In this document: positions 11,510 to 25,666 of the stretch, piece by piece | How the letters are laid out: each line of letters opens with the position of its first letter | Numbering within the stretch: position 1 is the first letter of the stretch | Source: Octopus sinensis | Taxonomy: Eukaryota | DNA length: 64,000 nucleotides | Direction: 5' to 3' | Assembly (NCBI RefSeq): GCF_006345805.1 | Contig: NC_042997.1 | Location: 7,750,001-7,814,000 of the forward strand | Translations under genes and position numbers: made by a program | The notes under the pieces: generated by a model | Database searches by the model: none | What the model was told of the DNA's origin: nothing | Seen by the model: only the letters and a program-made list of their open reading frames with translations

Positions 11510-12951
11510 CACATATATGAAATAGAGGCACATCAAATCACCAATGTTTATTGGAAATAGCAGTTGATACCTGTACAACGCTATGTAAAGCTTCTCTGAA
11601 TATATACAGGCAAATATGTGTGCGATTGTTGAACATGAAAACTTTTCGCCTCACCTTGAGGAAGAACGCCGGATAAATGGAGAACCGAGTACTCGAGTAT
11701 CGGACTTTCTAAAAAAGTTTGTGATCCTAATTTTGGGTTGCTCTTCTTCAGGTAGATTCACAGAATACGAAATTTTAAAATGTCCGCTACATCAATGCCA
11801 GTATATTCGGCTGAACGCTTAGCCATAAATAGAGCCGAGATCAGTGAAAAAGTTTTATTTAAAAATCATAAATATTATTGTAATACAATAGTATTATTTT
11901 CTAGTTAAATAAAGCTCTGTAAAGGTAGAATTATAGATAGGAAATAGTGGCACAACAAAGCATCAATGTTTGTTGGATTTAGCAATCGATAACTGTACGG
12001 CGCTATGTAAAATTTCAGTGAATGTATACATGTTTCCGTTTTACTTCTAGGAAGAACGCCGGAAAAATGGACAACGTAGAGTGGATAACCTAGTATTCGA
12101 ATAACGGACTTTCCAAAATACATATGTTATCGTAAATTTCGTTGATCTTCTGCTAGGTTAACCGCAGAGGAAATTCTAAAATAATTGCTACATCAACGCC
12201 CAACCATAAACAGATCCAAGATCATTGAAAAAGTTTTATATAAAAATTATAAATATTATTGCAATACAATAGTACAAGGTTATCCATTGTCATCTGTCTA
12301 TTTATCGGGTGTTCTTCCTAGAAGTAAGACGACACTTGCTCGCCGCCCGCACACGTCTTTGCATGTGTACATTCACTGAAACTGCACATAGTGTCGTACG
12401 GTTATCAACTGCTATTTCCTGCAAACATTGGTACCTTGTGTCACTATTTCCTACTCATAATACTGCTTTTACGGAGCTTTAATTCGCTGGAAAATAGTAC
12501 TATCGTATTGCAATAATATTTATAATTTTTATAAGGTTTATCTGTTTACTGATCTCGTTTCTGATTATCATTAGGCCGAATACAATGACATTGATATAGC
12601 GGATATTTTAACATTTCGTCTTCAGTGAACCTAGCTGAAACAGGCTAACCAAATATACGATAACAAACGTATTTTGGAAAGTCAGATACTCGAGAATTCG
12701 GTTATTCATTCTAGGTTGTCCATTTATCCGGCGTTCTTCCTAGAGGTAAGACGAAAATGTTCGCCGTCCTCACGCATCTTTGCCTGAATACATTCAATGA
12801 AGCTTTACATAACGCCGTTCGGGTATCGACTGGTATTTCCAGCTAATATTGGTACCTTCTTGTGCCAGTATTCCCTATTTATAATTCTAACTTTACGGTG
12901 CTAAATTTAGCTGCAAATTAATACCATTGTATTGCAATAATATTCATAATT

Positions 12952-12955
<4 letters not shown>
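11510..12955. repeat. Convergent array of a ~390-430 bp unit: two forward copies, then two inverted copies (one partial)
   Basis: Marker GGAAGAACGCCGG on + at 11660 and 12050, on - at ~12309 and ~12728; marker AATATTATTG(T/C)AATACAAT on + at ~11872 and ~12252, on - at ~12497 and ~12924. Confidence 0.85.
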
Positions 12956-13366
<411 letters not shown>

Positions 13367-13370
13367 GATG

Positions 13371-13416
<46 letters not shown>

Positions 13417-13700
13417 GTATGTATCTCTCTCTCTCTCTCTCTCACTCTATTTATTTGTTTGATATCTATCTGCCTATCTATCTATCTACCTGTCAATCTA
13501 TCAATGGACATATGCGGATATGTGTCATTTGGAGCTTTTGTTTTAGATGAGTTAAAATCAATAGTGAAAATGTAACTTTATTATAATGAGGAAAAATATA
13601 TTTTCCTTATTTCATGGTTAATATTATTTTCATCACAATTAAATACTATATGAAACTTCAAATTCGTGTACAACATCATTTTAATATTTATAAGAATAAA

Positions 13701-14067
13701 GGCGGCGAGCTGGCAGAAACGTTAGCATGCCAGGCGAAATGCTTAGCAGTGTTTCGTCTGCCGCTACGTTCTGAATTCAAATTTCACCGAGGTCGACTCT
13801 GCCTTTCATCCTTTCGGGATCGATAAATTAAGTTATGCACTGGGATCGATATAATCGACTTAATCCGTTTGCCTCTCCTTGTTTGTCCCCTCTGTATAGC
13901 CCCTTGTGGGCAGTAAAGAAATAGGTATTTCGTCTGTATTTACGTTCTGACTTTGCATTTTATCCTTTCGGGGTCGATGAATTAAATACCAGTGGAGTAC
14001 TGGGATCGATCTAATCGACTGGCCTCCTCCCCCAAAATTTCGGGCCTTGTGCCTTGAGAAGAAAGGG
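13701..14067 (+). mobile_element. SINE family 1, long form with duplicated core
   Basis: GGCGGCGAGCTGGCAGAAACGTTAGC head; core CCTTTCGGG(G)TCGAT occurs twice; 16-bp flanks at 13684-13699 and 14068-14083 match at 14 of 16 (TSD). Confidence 0.85.
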
Positions 14068-14300
14068 ATATTTTAAAGAATAATAATCTTGCTTTTGTCA
14101 ATTGCGGCATATCTTGGCATTTTTTAAAAAATCAACTACTCATGTGAATGAAGATATGCCACAGTGAGCTCGTTTGGAGAGCATTTACGATAGCCATATC
14201 AAAGGATTGGAATTGGATTTATTCCTGGGTGATACATTTTTTTCAAATATGTTAGTCTGATAATAGCTGTGGGAATGATAAGACGGTATTAGCATTCAAA

Positions 14301-14531
14301 GGCAGCGTGCTGGCAGACACGTTAGCACGCCGGGCGAAATGCGTAGCCGTATTTCGTCTGCCGTTACGTTCTGAGTTCAAATTCCGCCGAGGTCGACTTT
14401 GCCTTTCATTCTTTCGGGGTCGATAAATTAAGTACTAGTTTCGCACTGGGTTCGATATAATCGACTTGGTCCGTTTGTCTGTCCTTGTTTGTCCCCTTTG
14501 TGTTTAGTCCCTTGTGGGTAGTAAATAAATA
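14301..14531 (+). mobile_element. SINE family 1 with perfect 16-bp TSD
   Basis: GGTATTAGCATTCAAA at 14285-14300 and 14532-14547; B-box-like GAGTTCAAATTCC. Confidence 0.92.
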
Positions 14532-17500
14532 GGTATTAGCATTCAAAACATGAAATAAATTATACCATCCGTTTCAAGTTATATAAACATGCAGCGTTTG
14601 ATTTAGGTTTTTGCGCTCAAAAAAGATATGACGTATTTTAAGTTACATTACGTGCAGTTGCTATTAGATGAAACTTAGCACAATATGGAAAGTTAAAAGC
14701 AGTAAAGGCCAGTAATTGCACAGCACAGTACACTGACATGTACAAGATTTGTGGTATTATAATACATGTACAAAATGTGCGGCTTACATGTGCAATTCAA
14801 TGATGCAATGTGAAACTCAATGCGATTAAAGTATCGTAAAAGAAAGAAGGAATACTGCTGCAATGTATTCTTACTACAAAGTGCTAATATTTCTGTTTTT
14901 TTCTGTTAAATAAGTTTTTAATGCATAATACATTCCAGAAAGTACTCCAATTTTAATATAAAATTTCTGACGTGTCAGTTTTAAAGATGGTTCGTTATGT
15001 CAATTTCTTGAGCAGTACAATGTATGCCGAGGAAAAGGACTGTCGCGGTTTATACATGCAAATTGGAAAACAAATTTAGCATTTTATAGACTAGCTTGTT
15101 AACCATCTTCACTGCCTAACACTTTACAGCTCGGATATATGAAAATTCTCCAAAGGTTATGAGATAAGATTGAGTATTATCCATTAAATACGCTTAAGCA
15201 GTAACATGAAAGTTTCGTATTCAGACTTATTTTAACAATATGAACATTCTTCAAAAAACAGGACAGCAAAAAAATTAAAAAAAAGACAATTGCAGAGGGT
15301 AATAAGAATATTCCACCTGAAAAAATATATTCAGAATGAGAGAGGGAATAATATGAAAAAGAAGTTCTTGAATGGAAAGCTCAGGCTGGAAATGCAGTAA
15401 TAGGAAGACTAAACTTGACAGAGGTAAGATGTGCAATGAAGTTATCTGATGCTTCACTAATCCTCTAATGCATAACAGCTGGAAATACGAGAGTTGACAT
15501 GGCGTGAGTAATTGGACCACTTTACAGTACATCAAGAAACTGAAAAGTGACTAAGATTTTCGTACATTTTGAGATGATACAAACACATCTACAAGTTTTG
15601 ATACGTAAAGATGCTCGGTACATATATAAAATTATATTCCTCACGTTTCCATGGCTCTCAGCTCATACTTTGCAGCATCCATTTTGTCATTAACGTAACC
15701 ATATATTTAATTTACCCTTCTTTAACAATATGGGGTAGGGGAAATATCTTGAAGCAGAAGTGTTTTAGTAAAGATTCCTCATAAAAAGTAGCTCTGCGCA
15801 TTTAACTTTCCCTCTGTCGCAAAGACTCGTTGCAAATACTTAATACATCTGAGAACAGGTTTATACTTCAATTTTTTCATACAGCTACCTTTATGCATTA
15901 CATAAGTATGCGTGCGTACATGTGTGAGTAGCTATGTATTTGTTTATGTGTATATATGGATGGATGTATGCTTTACGCAGGGATAACTTCCTTATGCTGT
16001 AATATATTGTTCCATAATCAGATATAATTATGCTCACCAAATGGTCTTGTCCATGTAATACTGTTTATATTTCATCAATTAGTGTATCAGAATTAAATAT
16101 CTGTTTCTAGATGACTATATTTAGTTTTGTTGCACTTCGGGATGGTAGTTTTTTTTTTCAGAATAAACATACGCACTATATATTCGTTCTTCACTCGTAC
16201 ATTCCTGTTCTTATTCTAACTCATATCCATTGTCTGTAAATCTTTCGTCACACATCTGTGACCTCCTCAGTGACACTTTCCGTATTCGTGTGTACTTTCG
16301 CTCTTCTTCCACTCCTGACAAAGGACATGGATTTAAATAAGTACAGTAATCAACGAGTGAACAACAAATATATAGTGCATGTGTCTATTTGGCCAAAAAA
16401 CCGACCGTCCCGAAATACAATACTATATGTTTCAACACATGACTTTACATCAGGTAGCTTGCAACGCAAATTCATAAACGTATATTTAGTTTACATCTAC
16501 ATAATTATAAAGATTAACCTCAGGTCAATACTGATATTACCTTCACCTACTGACGTGGAAACATGTTTAAGTGTATGAAGCTGTTTATGTCTGAAAGTGA
16601 AAAATAAGTTCCTTCCATGATTTCATGGGCAATTATCTTAATATTTATGGTACATTTATTTTCATTACAAAATACCCAATTTTAGCAGTGGTTCCATTGT
16701 ACTTACATAATTAGCTTCTGAATTTCTGCAGACTTTTGAAGTATTATTTTTTTTCCAACAATGTTAATCGAAACTCAATGCTATATCTTAACAGTGATGG
16801 CACTATATCTTCTACATGATATACGGCTAGTAGAAATACGATATATTTAAACAACGTACCTAATAGCACATAGTAAATTGTATTGCCGTTGTTGAGAAAA
16901 TCAATTTTTTGTTTTTCTTTTTCATCGCCTATTACTATTTCTTCCTTTTCCTTAGTTTTTCATTTTATTTTCTTATATTCTATTTCTATTTCTTAGTCCT
17001 CATAATCTTATATTTCGTATGTTACTTTTCTTCTTTATATTTTCTTCTCTTTCATCTTCTCCCTATCTTTATCGTCGTCATTATCCCGACACATTTCAGC
17101 ACATTCGCTAGAAACCACAAACTACAAGTACCTCACTGAATATTATACTATTTCAAATCTCACCTAACAGCTCACTATTTTAGAACACGAATCACTATAG
17201 AACTTACCAAAATCCGCACGATATATACTGTTTAAAATAATAAGAACTCAGAAAATGACGAATAATTCTTACATAATTAATAGTTGATCTCTTAATTAAA
17301 AAAATATCATCACAATCCCAAGCAAACACTAAAACACATAATACAGCTGATGTTATACATATAAAGCTCATTCATGATATTTTGCATTTTCTACAACACC
17401 CAAAGAAAGCTCTGCACACCCATATGAACCAGTGTAAGGAGAATCAGATCAAAAGTTGTTATATTAATAGCTTTTGATATGTTACTGCATACACTTGGAT

Positions 17501-18914
17501 CATCAAGTAGTTGAGGATATTCGAAAGAGGATGAAAGCACGGAATGGTGTAACACGGAACTCATGTTGAAGTATGTAAACATCAGTATGGAGAAAACTAT
17601 ATTGCAGAGTTTAGGAAATGTTATGGAAAAATATCAATAGCTAATGGGTGGGGAAATATATCGGCCCCTTATATTATTAAGAACGAAACTTAATTTGAGG
17701 TAGAGGCAAAATACCTATGAATATGAAGTGAGGACATAAGAATAGAATTCTACGTTAGTAAATATATATCTCCCTACCACGAAATATGGCAAATCATCTG
17801 TGATGGGGGAAGAGTGAATTCAGACTAAAACTTCGAAAGCATAAAGAAGAAATGAAAAGAATGAGAAAATTAAGAGAGCTGAAAGTTAGTATCATAAAAG
17901 ACAAAACAATGAATGATATACGGTAAATGAATAGATAAAACAAGAAAATGTTAACACTTTTTCGGAACAACAAAAATATTACATGTATCAATTAACGTGA
18001 TGTGGTAATCTTCGCAGACAGTGCAGCTGTCGTTATCTGTGAACAAGTAGATATTGATATGGAAATGAGAAATTTGAAGGTGATGTGTAATATTCAGAAA
18101 CATGATTTTGATAGATTCTATACAAAACGCATTTGTCATTGCGGAGATTTAATTACCAGAGGAGACTATGGTGTAATGGACAAAATATGTACAAACATCT
18201 GGAAAAATAGGCCAGCAAAAGATATGGAGAACAAATTAAAATCAAATACTGAGACTAAGAAGATATTCGAGAAAAACAAAAGCGAAATCGTGAGCGACAA
18301 AGAATATATAAATATCATGGCATTTGCTTCAAGATCGCACTCAGATTCCAGCTGCAGAAAGAGACGAGGAAACATTAAATAGAGGCAGCCAGAAAGCAGA
18401 ACTTGAGAAATTGAAGAGACAATATATCAGTAATCATTTTAAAGAAAGATATATGAATACTATGAGCATTTATGTATCAAAACAGAAACAACTCTAATCG
18501 AAAAATGAGCTACTGGAACAAACTCTCGGAATTAAAAAAAAAACAATCTATTAGGTAACCAGAACCAGGATAACCCTACCCAAGACACACAGCGGCGCCA
18601 TCAAATAGATCACCTAAAACAAAACGCATAACATGGATTATGAAGGATTATGGAGATGTGGTGAGAGCTTTCTGTGCAATCCACGTAAAACCAAACAATA
18701 ACCTCACTGCACAAACATACATTTCCTTTAGAGTCTTAGTAGGCAACGAAGTACGCAGATATATAGCACGCAGGTTTTCTACCACCGTTGTACCGCGATG
18801 TTTTCCTTCCATTACGCTGATGTTATTGGATTAATGTTGTTTTGTGGAGAGAGCCTTTTAGTGTACGCCCATGTTGTTATTTATCCCGAAATGTTTCCTT
18901 ATTATTATTAATAT

Positions 18915-21900
18915 TATTCTATGTTTGACTTTTGTACAAGTTGGTCCCAAGTCTCATCCAGAGACCTCAAAAGACAACAAGTTGGACGTTCATGCTGGTG
19001 TTATACCTAGGGTGCCACATATTTGGTTTTGTACTTAGTGTTGTGCTAGTGAATACCTAAAAAAACATACGAAAATTATGTTTGTTTTAAAACGTGAGAT
19101 TACATAGAGAGTATTTTGCGTAGAATATCAGCAGTACCCATGAGCACTATCTTTTGAATTTTTGCCATTTTGGGGTTTCCTGTTATCTGAATTAGGTAGC
19201 AATGAGCCCATTTTGCTATCATTCCCAGGGCATCTATGACAACAGGTATTGTTTTAGTCTTCAGGTTCCACATTTTGCTGATTTCTATTTCAAGATCTCT
19301 ATATTTGCTCAGTTTTTGGTAGGTTTTGACAAATACGTGTATATCGATTGGGACAGTCATATCAATAAGGAGGCATGTTTTTTGTCTGAAGTCTTTCAAT
19401 ATGATGTCTGGCCTATTTGCATCTATCTTTCTGTCAGGTTGAATGGTGAATTTCCAGAGGAGTGAGATGTCGTCATTTTCAAGCACTTGAGGTGGTTTGT
19501 GTTCCCACCAGTTTTTATCATGAGGCAAGTCCAGGCTTTTGCAAATTACTCAGTGAATATATTGTGCAGCTCTATCATGCCTGTTGAGATAATCTGTAGC
19601 GCAAGAAGACTGCACTTGGAGACAACATGATCAATGGTTTCATTTTGTTGTTGACATACACATGTTGGGCTACTGCCGTTCTTTAATATGTTGGCCTGGT
19701 AGTTCATTGTAAGTAGGCATTGATCTCGAGCTGCTATGATAAACCCTTCTGTTTCAGATTTTAAGCCAGAGGCCATTAACCATTGAGGGGTCAGGGCTTT
19801 GTCAACATCTGCATTATTCACTCTCTTTGGGTATTTGCCATTGAGAGGCTTTTCTTGCCATTTATCATTCAGAATATCTAAGGCAGCAGTTTTAGCACGG
19901 GTTTTCATGCTCTTAGCTTTTACTGTGCTTGTTTCTTGTATGTCTAATTCCGAAATTTGTTGTATTCGGAATTGACTTAGATATTCCTTTGCCTGTTTTG
20001 TTACTGAGTATGATGCGTTCTTGTTTTCATGTTTTGAGACAAGTTTTAACATCCAGTCCGCAGAGATTTTCAGGTAGGTGTCTAGGCCAATTGTAGCAAT
20101 CTTCATTCCTATTGCCAGTTGTAAAAGTCCACGGCACCTTCTTTTCTTGGCAGATAAAGTCGTTTTATGTCTGCCTTAGGGTGGTGCATTCTATGTATTG
20201 TCAACAGTTTTCGTATTTTCTTTCAAAATTACATATTTCAGTAATTGACCAGTTAACGATATTGAAACTGTAAGTCACGACTGGTATGGCTAAAGCATTG
20301 ATCGCTTCGATCCTGTTTCTCGCATTCAGCTCTGTCTTGAGTATTGCTCTTACTCTGCGATAACATTCTGTCCTGATACTTATCACTGAATGCCTTATTC
20401 CATCCCCTTCAATTACCGCTAGGTACTTGTAGCTCTACGCTGGCTCAAACCCTTTTATGACATTCTGCTGGTCAAGGTTGATGTTAGATGTTTCTGTCAC
20501 CTTTCCTTTGATAAGGGTAGCTTTTGAACATTTATCGAGGCCAAATTGCATTCTGATGTCATCACTGAATTATTTAACAATCGCTAGTTAGCCCTTGAGC
20601 TGCTGGTCATTTTCGCAAAGGGCTTTAAATCATCCATGTAAATGAGATGATTTATATTTTTATCAAACATTTTAGATCCGTACTGTGCATCATTGAGCAA
20701 TTTTGAGAGAGGTAAAAGGCTAAACAAAAGAGGAGTGGTGATAGCGAGTTACCCTGGAAAATGCCACATAAATGTTTTACATCACCAGCATTTAGAGATT
20801 CATCGTCCCTGTTCAAAGTTAGTGTGGTTCTCCATGATCTCATACTTACAGACAAAATATTTCGCAGAATAGGCGCTATTTTATACATTTCTAGGCATTT
20901 CTTAATCCAGCTATGTGGTAGGCTATCAAAAGCCTTTTATAGTCTATCCAGGCTATTCACAAGTTTTTGTGTCGTTTGTGACAATCTTCTAAGATCATCT
21001 TATTGATGAGTAGCTAATCTTTACAACCATAGGATCTACGTTTACATCCTGTTCTGCTCATTAGGGTATATGCTGCTGTCTATTAAAAAAACTATAGGTA
21101 TATTCCGTGAGGACAGATGTTACCGTTTTATACATAGTTGTTAAGCAGATTATGAGTCTATAGGTATTTGGTTCATTTGTTTCTTCACTTTTCGGGAGCA
21201 GGAATGTTAAACCATTGTACTTTGGTGTTGAAAAACATCATTGTAAAGTTCTGTTAGCAGTGCATGATTCTCTGGGAAGGCATTCAACCAGAAGTTAGGA
21301 ATTTTATCCTTTCCTGGAGACTTCCATTTGCTTGTCCTGCTGAGAGCAGATCTTACATCTTCTACCTTGACACCCTCCCACTTTTTCTCCTCTAAGAAGT
21401 ACAAGTCCGTAGCTATTCTATCAATCCAAGGAGCCTTTTCGTTGTGTGTTTTTTCTTCTGCCCAATTTTTTTCCAAAATCCCTGCACTTCTTCGTTTGAT
21501 GGTACAGAATTTACAGTAACTAGTGTTTTCCCTATATTCCTGTAAAAAATTTGGGGGTTATTTTTGAACATGTTGTTGTCCTTGAAGAATCAAACACGCT
21601 TGTCACACATCGCTATGCGGGCAGCTTTAGCAGATACCTTTTGCTTGGTGGTTTCTATGGTGGCATGAATATCAAGTATAGTTTTCATATTATGTTTTTT
21701 CTTAAATTTTGGGGTTTTTGTAGGTTTGGTACTCTTGTCAACCTTAAGGTTTTACAAACATTCAATGTCAGACGTAAGTAGTTTAATTTGATGTTGGATA
21801 CCCACTTGCCAAGAAGGCTTTTTGTGGGAAAGTTGCTGTTTTCTAATCTTTTCACCACATAGAATCGTTGAAATTTTCGAGGATGCATAGTACAGGTGGT

Positions 21901-22030
21901 TGAGTTCTATGATATTAACATCACTAGATGAAATTAAATCGTTCGGTGAAAGGCGGATTTTACCAATTATTTTCATGTTTTGTTTAGAGTTGCAGATTTT
22001 AGAGAGTGTATCGCGTTCATCCATACTGGT
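18915..22030 (-). mobile_element. R4/Dong-clade non-LTR retrotransposon, 5'-truncated and decayed (family A)
   Basis: Frameshifted ORF with RT motifs (IFQGNSLSPLLFCL; HLIYMDDLK), GLKSETEGFIIAARDQ, zinc-finger relic CVCQQQNETIDHVVSKC and RLE motif RPDIILKD...LLIDMTVP...K; 3' UTR ends in a TTA-rich run at ~18900; 5' end abuts (TTA)n at ~22040. Confidence 0.92.
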
Positions 22031-22055
22031 TTTTTTTATTATTATTATTATTACT

Positions 22056-23830
22056 TTTTTTTTCTTCTTTCAAATTTGCTTCCTTTTCTTGCCGAGTGTC
22101 TTCCCGACTCCTAGGGCAAGGAAACTCATAGCATACATTGGTAGGCCATTAAACCAAACTCAGTAGTTCGTTCTTTTTTTTTTTTAAAGTTAAATTAAAA
22201 TACATGAGCAACAACAGTTCTCACATCGACAATGCTCTCCTCAATACGTGTGATGTACCAGTTAAGACAATCTTTTGCACTTCTTGCAGGGATGGTAAGC
22301 CAGGGATCATTCTCATATAATTTTCGGTTCCCTTATTGATCATTCCTAGTGCTCCTACGATCACTGGTATTGTAACCGCCTTGAGATGCCACATTATCTC
22401 AATTTCAATGAGTAGGTCTTTATATTTTCTGAGCTTGTCAAACTCTTTCGGTGAGATATTATGATCACAGGGGATGCTCATGTCGATCAATAAGCAAACT
22501 TTATTGTTTTGGTCTTTCACAACAATATCTGGTTTATTGGCCTTGATGGTTCGGTCTGTATGTACTGGAAAGTCCCACAGAATGGTTACATTTTCTCCTT
22601 CAGTTACAGCCTCAGGGTGGTGATTATACCACTCGTCGGCAGTTTGATATTGTAATGCCGACTTATTATCCAGTGGAGATATTGGCCAACTCTGTCATGT
22701 CTTAATTTATTCTCCACTGGTGCTAAGACTTTACATCCAGAGATTAGGTGGTCCACTGTTTCAATCATGTCATTGCAGAATCGGCATTTTGGGTCTGCTC
22801 CATTTTTCATCACATTGGCCTGGTAGTTCCGGGTTAATAGGCTTTGATCTTGAGCAGCCAGGATGAAACCTTCGCTCTCTGCTTTTAGCCCTGAGCTCCG
22901 TAGCCACTGATGGGTTTGCTTCTGGTCAACATCAGCTTGTTTGCTGCGGGTCACATATTTGCCGTGCAGAGGTTTCTCCTCCCACCTATCAGCCAATTGC
23001 TCGTGCGCTTCCTTCATTGCCATCATGTTCACCTTCTTTGCAACATTAGTTGCCGTACTTCCCTCGGGTTGTTCAGTTTGGGTATCCTGCACGAGATCAA
23101 TAGCAAATTTTTTGCTTTCCTTTATGATAGAATGAAGCTTCTTTCGTCTCTCGTGATTTTCCACGAGCTTTAGCATCCAGTCATTCGATATTTCGAGATA
23201 TTTGTCCAGTCCAATTGTGGTTGTTTTGTAAGCTAGTTCAAATTGGATCAGGCCTCGACCTCCTTGGGCTCTGGGAAGGTAAAGGCGATCTACGTCTGCC
23301 TTTGGGTGGTGCATCCTATTACAACTCAGCAGCTTGCGTATTTTTCTATCTATATTCTTTACTTCACTCATATTCCAGTTGTAGCTATAAGTAACAACTG
23401 GAACTGCTAAGGAATTTATAGCTAACACCTTGTTACGTGCATTTAGTTCAGATTTCAAGACTGCACGAACTCTCCTATAACATTCATTCCTGATTTTCTC
23501 TTTCATGCTTGCATGCTGAATACCAGAGCCTTCATTTATCCCTAAATATGTGTATGTTTGTTCTTGCTCAAGCTCTCTTATGACTGTGTCAACATCTAAC
23601 ACGACTGAATTTGTGGTCTTCACTTTCCCTTTCTGGAAAGTGGCCTTGGCACACTTCTCAAGTCCAAACTCCATCCCGATGTCATCGCTGAATGCTTTCA
23701 CGGGGCGCAATAGGCCTTCAAGTTCATTATTGTCTTTACCATAAAGTTTTAAGTCATCCATATAAAATAGATGGCTTATTTTTTTATTGGCAATTTTATA
23801 CCCATACCCTGTTCTGTTTAATTCACTTGT
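22056..23830 (-). mobile_element. R4/Dong-clade non-LTR retrotransposon, 5'-truncated, young (family B)
   Basis: YMDDLKLY, 385-aa open stretch, CRFCNDMIETVDHLISGC, one frameshift near 22610, then KPDIVVKD...LLIDMSIP...EFDK RLE to the stop at 22221; (TTA)n on both sides. Confidence 0.95.
22221..23790 (-). pseudogene. RT C-terminus, thumb, CCHC zinc knuckle and restriction-like endonuclease of the Dong element (one frameshift)
   Basis: ORFs 22604-23761 and 22221-22520 join across a single frameshift. Confidence 0.9.
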
Positions 23831-23837
23831 AATTCAC

Positions 23838-23847
23838 TTATTATTAC

Positions 23848-23896
<49 letters not shown>

Positions 23897-23916
23897 GTTA
23901 TTGTTATTATTATTTC

Positions 23917-23964
<48 letters not shown>

Positions 23965-24005
23965 TATTTCTACTATTATATTTATTATTATTATTACTAG
24001 CAGTG

Positions 24006-24083
<78 letters not shown>

Positions 24084-24085
24084 TT
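23838..24085. repeat. Compound (TTA)n-(TAG)n microsatellite
   Basis: Direct reading; source of the poly-L/poly-V ORF. Confidence 0.97.
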
Positions 24086-25666
24086 GGGATTGTTGGTGTT
24101 GTTCTTGTTCGAATGTCGCCCTGTTAGACTTCACCTTTTACATCTAAAATTCGATAATATAATATATTATCCACATTGTATCAATATATGAAATTATAAT
24201 TATTATTACTGAGGAAGGGATGGTTTTTTATTGCTAAAGCTATTTTTGGCTACTCCATAAGTGTACGTCTTTTGTTTTCCAAATCTGTGTTTGTGGCTTA
24301 GTGTGGCCGGTAATTTTGTGACACTCCCCACGCGGCAAAATTCTGACAGCTTTTTAAAAAGTTTTTCTAATATATTTAGCTTGGAGGAAAAAATAATTGA
24401 AACTGTTTATATTTTATTGAAAACCCAGTGAGAGATATACCATTTCTCATGCATTCAGATAACTAATATTAACTTAATGCATATAAAACATATTTTCGTA
24501 AACGTTATTTTATTTTTGCGCGAATTTTTGTTTAGTTCTAACTTTATTTGTAAATATTCGTTTCCATTTATTAGGCCATTTTAGAAATCTAATATTTCAT
24601 CTTTATATTTAATTTTCCTATCTTCAATGTTGCTGTGGCGCATTATTTGTGAAACGAATTTTACGTTAGTTATTTTATTGTTTATGTGTTTTGTGTCTAA
24701 TAGTGTTTGCAAACATTTTTAACATAGCAAACCGCATGTAACTATTGAGGTTTGATTTAGCATATTCGTTTAATATAACGTGTTAATGGCAGACTGATAA
24801 AGGTTTGTGAGATAATCAGCTATTGGCTTCTGTGGTGTGCAGTTGAGAGATGTTTTCTTTGATAGTTCTGTTTATTTTATTTGTAGATGAAAAAGAAAAC
24901 ATTTGCTATTTGCCGAATGCATGTTTTGTGATGCACCACCTTGATATTTGTTTTGCCTTACACATAAATAAAATTTGCAGAATGCCCGATTGGACAGCAT
25001 TCTGAAATATATAGTAATTAATTCGTATAGCTTTTAGTGCCTTCTTTCATTTACACTATCTTTTTATGGATTTGTTGATCAATAGCTGATATTTTATCCA
25101 TATTGGCTTTTGAAGCATATCTCTTGTAGTGTGAGAAATTCAATCAATTACAAAGCTTTGAGTCAGTTTAAAAAAAATACCATCACGTCGTCGTTTATTG
25201 TTGCTTCGATTTTATATATGTAGGTTATATGCAATGATATCCACGCCACAACCAATTTCAGATCTATTGACTTGTTGTTTATTGTTCTGCTCACTGATGT
25301 TCTCATATTAGTATGCCCTTATTTTCTGTAAAACCTGTGTTAAATGAGGATTTTATTTTGTGAGAGTAACATGCCTTATGTACTACGTGATATAATATTA
25401 GTGAACTGTCATAGAATATTATTGCGCTTGTTGTGTCATTTGCGTGTGGTGTTTGCAACATTATTCATATTACTTTTCTCTTATAATTTTATAGTACGGG
25501 GCGCTCCATTAAATATTTGTATGTTTTTCTGTTATGCTCCAAATTTGGACTTTTTTCTAAATTAAGATCCTGCTTCTTCAAAAACATTCTACTATCATTT
25601 GTGTGATATTTTAATCAGAAAGCCAAATATATACATACAAGACTTCGGCACTGAACATTTTCTGAC

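Noticed and set aside
15330-15430. Possible exon ending at a strong donor ACAGAG|GTAAGA (EKEVLEWKAQAGNAVIGRLNLTE)
   Set aside because: There are in-frame stops just upstream, no polypyrimidine acceptor, and no recognisable protein.
16544-16573. CACCUA-CUGACG-UG-GAAACAUGUU-UAAGUG, hammerhead-like with helix I and palindromic helix III
   Set aside because: A9 and all of helix II are missing, so it cannot fold as a hammerhead. It may be a collapsed relic or chance.
22910-23744. Plus-strand ORFs overlapping the Dong ORF
   Set aside because: They are antisense shadows of the retrotransposon coding frame, as are those at 19.2, 20.8, 21.3 and 30.2-31.5 kb.
23787-24191. 134-aa poly-Leu/poly-Val ORF resembling a membrane protein
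   Set aside because: It is a read-through of (TTA)n and (TAG)n; likewise the poly-I/L/N/Y ORFs at 29.8, 36.4, 55.4, 59.8 and 60.8 kb.
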